NCBI GenBank assembly: GCA_036381015.1
Contig: DASVDR010000015.1
Coordinates: 16,675-80,674 of the forward strand
Reading direction: 5' to 3'
From: Gammaproteobacteria bacterium
GTDB taxonomy: Bacteria; Pseudomonadota; Gammaproteobacteria; Steroidobacterales; Rariloculaceae
Length of the DNA stretch: 64,000 bases
The notes under the pieces were generated by a model that had not been told where the DNA came from, ran no database searches, and was given only the letters and a program-made list of their open reading frames with translations. This document shows, piece after piece, positions 55,830 to 64,000 of the stretch (positions are counted from its first letter, which is position 1; the number at the start of each line of letters is the position of its first letter). The position numbers and the translations under genes were made by a program.

Positions 55830-56243
55830 ATGCACCCCACGACTCCTCCGCCGTCTCGCACCGCCTCCTGTAGCTGCGGCCAGTTGCAGGCGCAGGTCTC
55901 GGGCGAGCCGGTGCGCATATCCGTTTGCCACTGCCTGGCCTGTCAGCGCCGTACGGGGAGCGTTTTCGCCGTCCAAGCGCGTTTCCCACGCGAGGCCGTC
56001 ACCGTCACAGGCGCGAGCGCGGAGTACGAGCGTGTCGGAGACGAAGGGACGAAGGCCACATTCAGATTCTGTCCCAAGTGCGGCGCCATCGTGTACTACA
56101 CCGCGGACGCCTTTCCGGAGGCAGTCACGATACCGGTGGGCGCATTTGCCGATCCGTCGTTTCCGGCGCCGCGCGTTTCGGTCTACGAGGAACGAATGCA
56201 CTCATGGGTCAGCATGCCCAGTGACATCGAGCACTTCGCATGA
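55830..56243 (+). CDS. GFA (glutathione-dependent formaldehyde-activating / CENP-V) family protein
   Basis: Start MHPTTPPP at 55830. Zn-binding Cys pattern CSCGQL...CHCLACQRRTG...FCPKCG. Confidence 0.8.
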   Translation: MHPTTPPPSRTASCSCGQLQAQVSGEPVRISVCHCLACQRRTGSVFAVQARFPREAVTVTGASAEYERVGDEGTKATFRFCPKCGAIVYYTADAFPEAVTIPVGAFADPSFPAPRVSVYEERMHSWVSMPSDIEHFA

Positions 56244-56313
56244 GGCCGAAGCGGTCGATGAGGTGCTGCAGCGGGCCGCCCGCTTCCTGACCCGCGCCTG
56301 CAAGCTTGTGGCT

Positions 56314-56889
56314 ATGCCGCCGTTCACCCCTCCGACCCTGGCGGTCGGTGAATACGTTCTGCGACCCTTCAGGAGTACTGACGCGGCCGCTTGGTATGCG
56401 TACTTGGCGGACCCGCGCGTGACCGAGCACACGAGCTGGCCGCCTATCACGTCCGAGCTCGTCACTACCGTGGTCGCAAAAATAATCGCTGACTATGACG
56501 AGCCGAAGTCGCTGCGCTGGGCGCTCGCGCGCACGCAGGACGACGAGGCCATCGGGTCGTGTGGATTCACGCGCTGGCAACGTGAGCAGCGCGTTGCAGA
56601 GCTCGTTTACGATCTCGCTCCCGCGTACTGGGGCCTAGGCTTGATGAGCGCCGCCGTACGCGCGGCGATGGCTTGGGCATTCGGTCCCGGCTCCTTCAGT
56701 CGTGCGGAGGCGTTCGTGATGACGACGAACGAGCGGTCCATCGCGCTATTGGAGCGTACCGGTTTTCGGAGAGAGAGAATGCTCGGAGGGCATCGCTTGG
56801 CGCGCGGCGTCCCCCGGGACTTCTATCTCTATTCGGTGGTCTGCCGGAGCTGCGACGTTCGACACGGTCTCGTCCGCTCCGATCTGTGA
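56314..56889 (+). CDS. GNAT family N-acetyltransferase (RimJ/RimL-like)
   Basis: ATG at 56314. YVLRPFRSTDAAAWYAYLADPRV...IGSCGF...ELVYDLAPAYWGLGLMSAAVRA...AFVMTTNERSIALLERTGFRRE. Confidence 0.85.
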   Translation: MPPFTPPTLAVGEYVLRPFRSTDAAAWYAYLADPRVTEHTSWPPITSELVTTVVAKIIADYDEPKSLRWALARTQDDEAIGSCGFTRWQREQRVAELVYDLAPAYWGLGLMSAAVRAAMAWAFGPGSFSRAEAFVMTTNERSIALLERTGFRRERMLGGHRLARGVPRDFYLYSVVCRSCDVRHGLVRSDL

Positions 56890-56961
56890 AATTTCGCCCC
56901 GACTTCCGTATCCTGCGGCGCGGCTCGTCGTGAGCTGCACCGCCGGACGGAGGCGCCTCGA

Positions 56962-57654
56962 TTGCTGCTCGATACGACGTACGACATCGCGACGCCGGAG
57001 GGCGTCGAGCTGCGGCTGCCGCTTGCGGGCCTCGCGCCTCGGGCGCTCGCTTGGCTCGTCGACGCCGGGATCAAAACCGGGGTGCTGTTGTTTGCCTCGA
57101 TGTTTCTCCGTGTGCTCGGCGTATTCGGCCTCGGCGTCTACTTCGTCGTCACCTTCGTGCTGCTGTGGTTCTACAACGTCCTTTTCGAAGTGCTGGGGCA
57201 CGGCGCGACGCCCGGTAAACGCTCCTTCGGCATCGCCGTCGTGAACCGGAACGGCACACCCGTCGGCTGGTCCGCATCGATCATCAGGAACCTGATCCGC
57301 GCAGTCGACGTGCTGCCCGGGTGCTACGCGTTCGGATGCATCAGCGTCTTGATCAGCGGCAGGTTTCAGCGCCTCGGCGACCTTGCCGCCGGCACCGTCG
57401 TCGTGCATCGACCGAGAGCCTCGGCGACGCCGCCGCGGCCGCGAGCCGACGACGTCGACCCGCTCCCGGTAGTCGTTCCGCTTTCGCGGGAGGAGCAGCA
57501 GGCGATCGTCGATTTCGGGGAGCGGTTCGGCCGACTCAACGTCGAGCGTGCGGAGGAGCTCGCGGCGGTCCTGAGACCCGTGTTCAGCGACGTGAACGCG
57601 GCGCGCCTCCGCGCCTACGCGGGCTGGCTCGCGGGCCGGGATCGACGATCATGA
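56962..57654 (+). CDS. RDD family membrane protein
   Basis: TTG start at 56962, 8 nt after GGAGG. RDD-type core RALAWLVDAGIK...PGKRSFGIAVV...IIRNLIRAVD...QRLGDLAAGTVVV. Confidence 0.85.
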   Translation: MLLDTTYDIATPEGVELRLPLAGLAPRALAWLVDAGIKTGVLLFASMFLRVLGVFGLGVYFVVTFVLLWFYNVLFEVLGHGATPGKRSFGIAVVNRNGTPVGWSASIIRNLIRAVDVLPGCYAFGCISVLISGRFQRLGDLAAGTVVVHRPRASATPPRPRADDVDPLPVVVPLSREEQQAIVDFGERFGRLNVERAEELAAVLRPVFSDVNAARLRAYAGWLAGRDRRS

Positions 57655-58628
57655 ATCAGCACGCGTTCGAAGCCCGGTACGAGCCGAGCTGGGCCGAGCT
57701 CGAGGAGGCGATTCGCGCGCTTTCGAGCCGGCGCAGGAAGTCGCGACGCGATGCGAGGCGGATCGGCCGCGAGTTCCCGGGGCTCTATCGTCGGCTCTGC
57801 CACCATCTCGCGCTCGCACGCGCGCGGCGGTACAGCCTCGGATTGCAGCAGCACCTGAACCGCCTGGCCCTCGAGGGCCATCGGCATCTCTATCGCACGC
57901 GAACCGTCGGGCTCGCCGCGCTCGTGCAGTTCGTGCTTCACGATTTTCCCGCCGCGTTCCGCAGGCACGGACGGTACGTCGCCGTGTCTGTCTTGCTGTT
58001 CGGCGGATCCGGCCTCGGGATGGGCCTCGCCGTGCAGATACAGCCCGATCTCGTCTACTCGCTGCTCGAGCCGCACGAAGTTTCGGCCGTGGAGGCGATG
58101 TACGACCCGGAGAATCGGGTGCTCGGCCGCGAGCGCGAATCCGCGACCGACGTCGCGATGTTCGGCTTCTACATCTACAACAACGTCGGCATCGGCTTCC
58201 AGACGTTCGCCAGCGGCCTGCTCTTCGGCATCGGCAGCATCTTCTTTCTTTGCTTCAACGGATTGTTCATCGGCGCGCTCGCGAGCCATCTCACTTCCGC
58301 GGGGTTCACGGAGACGTTCTGGCCGTTCGTCGTCGGTCACAGCTCGCTCGAGCTCACGGCGATCGTCATCTTCGGCGCCGTCGGCCTCATGATCGGCTTC
58401 GCGGCGGCGGCGCCGGGCAGAAAGAAGCGCTGGCACGCGATCCGCGACCGCGCCGCCGACGCGATGCCGCTCGTCTACGGGGGCAGCGCGATGCTCGTCG
58501 GCGCCGCATTCGTGGAAGCCTTCTGGTCGTCGACCACCTGGCCGCCGATCGGGGTGAAATACCTCGTCGGCGGGATCCTGTGGCTCGCGCTGATCGTCTA
58601 TTTCGGGCTGCTCGGCCGTGGATCTTGA
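57651..58628 (+). CDS. stage II sporulation protein M-like (DUF95) membrane protein
   Basis: The ATG at 57651 overlaps the RDD stop (ATGA). Multi-TM protein with IYNNVGIGFQTFASGLLFGIGSIFFLCFNGLFIGA and VGHSSLELTAIVIFG blocks typical of SpoIIM/DUF95. Confidence 0.8.
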   Translation: MNQHAFEARYEPSWAELEEAIRALSSRRRKSRRDARRIGREFPGLYRRLCHHLALARARRYSLGLQQHLNRLALEGHRHLYRTRTVGLAALVQFVLHDFPAAFRRHGRYVAVSVLLFGGSGLGMGLAVQIQPDLVYSLLEPHEVSAVEAMYDPENRVLGRERESATDVAMFGFYIYNNVGIGFQTFASGLLFGIGSIFFLCFNGLFIGALASHLTSAGFTETFWPFVVGHSSLELTAIVIFGAVGLMIGFAAAAPGRKKRWHAIRDRAADAMPLVYGGSAMLVGAAFVEAFWSSTTWPPIGVKYLVGGILWLALIVYFGLLGRGS

Positions 58629-60153
58629 GCATGTGACGGCGGAGCTCCGGCCCCGCAGCGCGTGGGAGGCAGCGGACTTCGGTGCGCGGCTGATTCGGCG
58701 CGATGCCGCCGCGATCTATCGCGTCTGGTTCGCCGTCACGCTGCCTCTCGTCGGGCTCGCCGCGCTCGCGGTCGCGTATACCCCGTATCCCACGCTCGCC
58801 GCCCTCGCGTATTGGTGGCTCGAGCCGCTCGCCGACGGGCCGATGCTGCACATCGTCTCGCGCCGGCTCTTCGGCGAGAAGCCGAGCGCTCGGGCCGCAT
58901 TGAAGGCGCTTCCCGCGCTTGCGTGGCGCAATCGCATCTTTCTGCTTTCGCCGTATCGCTTCCACTTCGCGCGCTCGATCGCGATGCCGTTGACGCAGCT
59001 CGAGGGGATGAGCGGAAAGCGGAGGCACGCTCGAGCCAAGGTGTTGAACCCGAGGATCATGCGATACGGCACGGGTGTGACGGTCGCGTATCAGCATCTC
59101 GTCCTGTCGCTGTACGTCGGCGTCATTCTGATCGGCTTCGTGTTGGTGCCCGCGCAGTATCAGGAGACGATCGGGGTAGGCTGGGTCAGCCAGTTTTTTA
59201 CCGGCGACACGCGAGTCGGCGCATTGCTCGGGCTCCTCATCGGCTATCTCGCGCAATCCGCGCTCGAGCCGTGGTTCGTCGGGTGCGGTTTCGGCTTGTA
59301 CGTCAACTGTCGCACCGAGCTCGAGGCGTGGGATCTCGAGATCGCGTTCCGGCGAATGGTCCAGCGGCGCGCGGGCCGTGCGGCCGCCGCGGTGCTCGTC
59401 GCGGCCGTCGTGCTCGCACCGATGATCGCTCTGCCGCAGTCGGCGCGCGCGCAAGCGCCGGAGCCGGCACAGGCCGAGATGCTCGAGAATCCGGGGTTTC
59501 CGTTCTGGGGCGACGAGGCCGTTCGTCCGGCGGTCGACGAGGTCATGGCGAGCGACGCGCTCGACGTGACGCGCGAGATCGAGCGCTGGCAAAGAATCGA
59601 TCGGCGGGACGCGAATGTTTCGGAGCCGGGGGCCGCCGAGGGCCTGCTCACGGCCATGCTCCAAACCTTGACCCGCGCGTTGTCGGCGGTCGTCGAGCTC
59701 GCGTTGTGGATTCTGATCGGCGTGCTGCTTCTGGCCGGGGCCGTCCTCGTCGTGCGGCGGCGACGAAGCCTCCGGGCGCGCGTCTCCGCGCCTCCGTCCG
59801 CGCAGAGGGTCGTCCTCGCCGGCGGCGAGATTAGCGCCGAGACGCTGCCGGGCGACGTTCCGGCCGAGGTGCTGAAGCTCTGGCGCGCCGGCGAGCGGCG
59901 CGGCGCAATGAGCCTCCTTTATCGAGGCAGCGTCTTCGCCGCGGTCGAGCACCTCGGCGTGCGTTTGCCGCCGAGCGCGACGGAAGGCATGTGCGTCGCG
60001 GCGGTAGAGCGGCAGGCCGAGGCGGCAAAGGCCGAGTTCTTTCGCAAGGTCGTGACGGCGTGGACGTGGTACGCCTACGGCGCACGCGATCCGAGCGACG
60101 ACTTCGTATCGTCCATCTGCGCCGAGTGGCCGCGGCATTACGGGACGGCGTGA
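58618..60153 (+). CDS. membrane protein with C-terminal DUF4129-like domain
   Basis: 511 aa, starting at GTG 58618 or 58633 and overlapping or abutting the upstream stop. N-terminal TM region, a signal-like internal segment and a late TM. The C-terminal block RGAMSLLYRGSVFAAVEHLGVRLPPSATEGMC resembles DUF4129. Confidence 0.6.
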   Translation: MDLEHVTAELRPRSAWEAADFGARLIRRDAAAIYRVWFAVTLPLVGLAALAVAYTPYPTLAALAYWWLEPLADGPMLHIVSRRLFGEKPSARAALKALPALAWRNRIFLLSPYRFHFARSIAMPLTQLEGMSGKRRHARAKVLNPRIMRYGTGVTVAYQHLVLSLYVGVILIGFVLVPAQYQETIGVGWVSQFFTGDTRVGALLGLLIGYLAQSALEPWFVGCGFGLYVNCRTELEAWDLEIAFRRMVQRRAGRAAAAVLVAAVVLAPMIALPQSARAQAPEPAQAEMLENPGFPFWGDEAVRPAVDEVMASDALDVTREIERWQRIDRRDANVSEPGAAEGLLTAMLQTLTRALSAVVELALWILIGVLLLAGAVLVVRRRRSLRARVSAPPSAQRVVLAGGEISAETLPGDVPAEVLKLWRAGERRGAMSLLYRGSVFAAVEHLGVRLPPSATEGMCVAAVERQAEAAKAEFFRKVVTAWTWYAYGARDPSDDFVSSICAEWPRHYGTA

Positions 60154-61495
60154 TGAGAACGTGGCTTGTCACGCTGGCCGTGGTCGCCGCGTGCGCGCTG
60201 CTCGCTGCGTGGTTCTTCATGACGCACGAGAGAGTCGTCGTGGAGATACCGGCGACGTATCGGGGCGAGGCGAGATTCAACGAGTTTCTCGCCGCGGAGA
60301 TGCTGCTGCGAGAGCTGGAGATCGAGGCCGATTCCCGGGCATCGCTCGAGCCGAGCGAGTGGCTGCCCGAGCCGGCCGACACGCTGGTCGCGCGCTCCTC
60401 GGCGACGTTCGCCGCACCCGAGGAGCTCGGGCGCCTCGACGCCTGGGTGGCGAGCGGCGGCCATCTGGTGCTCCTGCCGCCCGAGCAGCCGACGCGCGAC
60501 ACGGACGCCGTGTTCGAGCATTTCGGATTTCGGCTCGTGGAGGCCGATCCCGCGCTGGAAGCCGATCCCGCCGCGGAGGCGGGCCCGGCCGTGGAGGCGA
60601 ACCCGGCCGTGGAGGCGGGCCCGGCCGTGGAAGCGAACCCGGCCGCCGAGCCCGATGCGGCCTCGGAGCCGGACGCAACCGCGGAGCCGGACGCAACCGC
60701 GGAGCCCGAGGCCGGCGCGCGCGTGATCGTCGCCGGCGGGCACGTGTTTGTCGTCGGCGAGCGAGTGCTCGTCGCCGGCGGGAGCGGCGAGTCGGAAACC
60801 GCGGCCTATCGGGTCGTCGGCGGCATCGTTCGACGTCTCGAGCTCGCCGCGGAAGGTCCCGACGGCGCCGGGCTCGGATTCGACGGCGCGACGCTCGCGG
60901 ACGAGCACGGCCTCGTTGCCGTCCGCCGCCGGCACGGCGGCGGCTTCGTCACGGTGATCGCCGGATCGTCGTGGTTCGAGAATCCGTTCCTTGCCCAATA
61001 CGATCACGCCCGCCTGCTGCTCGACGCCGTGGCCGGACGCATCCAGCCGGGCAAGGTGTGGTTCGTCTACGGCGCCGAATTCCCGCCGCTTTGGCAGCTG
61101 ATCTGGACGCGCTTCCCGTACGCCGTCATCGCGATCGTGTCGGCGATTCTCCTTTGGCTGTGGTCGGTGATGCCGCGGTTCGGGCCCGCGATCGCACCGG
61201 CCGCTCCCGCGCGTCGATCGATCGTCGAGCACGTCGCGGCGGCCGGACGCTTCGTCTGGCGGCACGACGGCGCCGGCACGCTGGTCGCGGCCTCGACGGC
61301 CGCCATGCTCCGCCGCGCAGAGGCGATGCACCCCGGCATCGGTCGAATGCCGGCCCGCGAGCAAGCCGCGGCGATCGCGAGGATGACCGGACTCTCGGCC
61401 GAAGCCGTGCTGGCGGCGCTCGGGCCGCGCGCCGAGATGCGGCCGCGGGAATTCACTCACCGGATCCGAGCATTGCAGACGATGAGGAACGAGCT

Positions 61496-61499
<4 letters not shown>
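60153..61499 (+). CDS. DUF4350-like domain protein
   Basis: The ATG at 60153 overlaps the previous TGA (TGATG). N-terminal TM, then LDAWVASGGHLVLLPP, an Ala/Glu/Pro repeat insert, a second TM (AVIAIVSAILLWLW) and a C-terminal helical part. Family assigned from memory and from conserved synteny with MoxR/DUF58. Confidence 0.65.
60543..60715 (+). repeat. in-frame tandem repeats (36-bp and 18-bp units)
   Basis: gaggcgggcccggccgtggaRgcgaacccggccg occurs twice in tandem, and gagccggacgcaaccgcg twice in tandem. They encode ADPALEADPAAEAGPAVEANPAVEAGPAVEANPAAEPDAASEPDATAEPDATAEPEA. Confidence 0.8.
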
Positions 61500-62466
<967 letters not shown>

Positions 62467-62470
<4 letters not shown>

Positions 62471-63774
62471 TACCCCGCCGCCCGCTGCTTCTGGCCGCCG
62501 GAGCGCTTGCGCTCGCCGGCATCTTCGCCGGGCTCGACCCGCGCGTCGCCGCCATCTGGCCGTTCGCGGCGCTGGTGCTGCTCGCCGCGGCCTCGGCCGA
62601 CGCGGCCGTGCACGCGCGCGTGCGCGCGCCGGCCGTGGAACGCGATCTTCCGCGCTCGATGGCGCTCGGCACGTGGATCGACGTCAAGATCACGGTTCGC
62701 AACGATACGGCGCGCCGGCCGCTGCGCCTGCAAATCTTCGATCACTATCCGCAGACCTTCGCCGCTCGCGACCTGCCGCAACAGACGACCGTCGCGCCGG
62801 GCCGTTTTCAGGACGTCGGGTATTCGCTGCGCGCGACCGAGCGCGGCTTCTTCACGTTTCCCGGCGTCGAGCTCCGCATCGCGTCGCCGCTCGGCCTGTG
62901 GTGGCGCAGGCGATTCGTGCCGAATGCGCAATCGGTGCGCGTCTACCCCAACTACTCGACGATCTCGAAGCTCCTGGCGTACGAGGTCGACAGCCGGCTG
63001 CAGCTCGCGGGCATGCGCTTGCGGCAGCGACGCGGCGAAGGCACGGAATTCCATCAGCTTCGCGACTACCGCGAAGGGGACAGCGTGCGGGCGATCGACT
63101 GGAAGGCGACCGCCCGAACATCGCGTCTTATCGCGCGCGAGTACCAGGACGAGCGCGATCAGCAGGTGCTGTTCATGATCGACGCGGGAAGGCGCATGCT
63201 GGCCAAGGACGCCGAGCTCAGCCATTTCGACCATACATTGAACGCGATGCTTCTGCTGAGCTACATCGCGCTCCGCCGCGGCGATTCCGTGGGCGTCATG
63301 ATTCTCGGCGCGGATCGAAGCTGGTATCCCCCGCGCAAGGGCTTGCAGGCGATCAACGGCCTGCTGAACCACGTTTACGACGTCCAGCCGGCGCCGCACG
63401 AAGTAGATTACCTGGCGGCGGCTACGGAGCTCGCCGTGAAGCAGCGAAGACGCTCGCTGGTCGTGTTGCTCACGAACGTTCGCGAGGAGGACACGGACGA
63501 TCTCGTCGCGGCGATCGGCCTCCTGAAGCGGCGGCATTTGGTGATTCTCGCGAGCTTGAGGGAGGCGGCGTTGGACGAGGCGCTCGCGCGCCGCGTGCTC
63601 GGATTCGAGGACGCGCTGCTGCACGCGAGCACGGCCCAATACCTCGAGAAGCGGCGCGGGGCGCACGATCTGCTGCGCGCCCGGGGAGTCTACGTGGACG
63701 ACTGCGTTTGGAGCGAGCTGCCCGCGGCCATCGCGAATCGGTATCTCTCGATCAAGCGGGCCGGGCTGCTCTGA
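62467..63774 (+). CDS. DUF58 domain-containing protein (MoxR partner, VWA-like)
   Basis: The GTG at 62467 overlaps the moxR TGA (GTGA). N-terminal TM pair. Hallmark block GEGTEFHQLRDYREGDSVRAIDWKATARTSRLIAREY, followed by LFMIDAGRRM. Confidence 0.85.
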
Positions 63775-63895
63775 CGCGGCCGTGACGCTCCCGCTCGGCC
63801 GACACGAGTCACAATATTCTCATCCGCTGCTAACGATTCGAGACGGATTTTGCTACTTTCCCGGGGAATTTTGCTCACCGGGAGGATATGAGCGC

Positions 63896-64000
63896 ATGGT
63901 CCAAGCCAATCCCTATGCGGCGCCGAGCAGCAGCTTGACCGTCGAAAGCACCGACGAGGTCGGCGATTCGCCCGTGTTCTCGTTCAGCGGCCGCGCCGGG
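63896..64000 (+). CDS. 5' end of an unidentified gene (possibly DUF805-like), runs off the window
   Basis: ATG at 63896, 9 nt after GGAGGA. MVQANPYAAPSSSLTVESTDEVGDSPVFSFSGRAG... The NPYAAP opening and FSFSGR motif resemble small DUF805/RDD-type membrane proteins. Only 35 codons are visible. Confidence 0.35.
   Translation, partial: MVQANPYAAPSSSLTVESTDEVGDSPVFSFSGRAG

Overview
High-GC (judged by eye, not computed) Gram-negative, proteobacterium-like chromosomal window. It is densely coding, with about 55 supportable genes or gene remnants among many GC-induced shadow ORFs. No rRNA, tRNA or CRISPR array was seen.

Left part (0-20 kb): aldo/keto reductase, DUF2200, a secreted DUF6152 + 596-aa pair, and a frameshifted AraC regulator beside an orphan ligAB extradiol dioxygenase. 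Then an MBL hydrolase, a beta-propeller protein, a Uma2 nuclease, DUF4159 and an aldehyde dehydrogenase. A TonB-dependent receptor is followed by three tandem palindromic hairpin units. A Tat-exported DUF305::beta-propeller fusion closes this part.

Middle (20-39 kb): a hidden 54-aa double-glycine-leader (microcin-like) peptide gene, a POT transporter, a Gln-rich secreted protein and a TIM-barrel isomerase-like enzyme. Then DUF2272, a 1339-aa membrane protein, DUF1499, an OafA-type acyltransferase, a decayed GT1 glycosyltransferase, an orphan ParA ATPase, a hydrolase and a sulfotransferase.

39.2-51.2 kb is a mosaic accessory segment bracketed by two direct copies of a ~120-bp IS91-family transposase fragment. 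It carries an MFS exporter, a cupin, a G8-domain beta-helix protein, several gene fragments and a decayed reverse transcriptase. In a visibly lower-GC patch it also carries an AAA+ ATPase + S8 subtilase pair with the architecture of the IetAS anti-phage module. The S8 gene is split by a frameshift.

Right part (51-64 kb): UrcA, a CadC-like regulator, tannase/feruloyl esterase, GFA and GNAT. It ends with a six-gene, translationally coupled RDD-SpoIIM-DUF4129-DUF4350-MoxR-DUF58 cluster of unknown function.

All family assignments come from reading motifs in the supplied translations. No database search was run.
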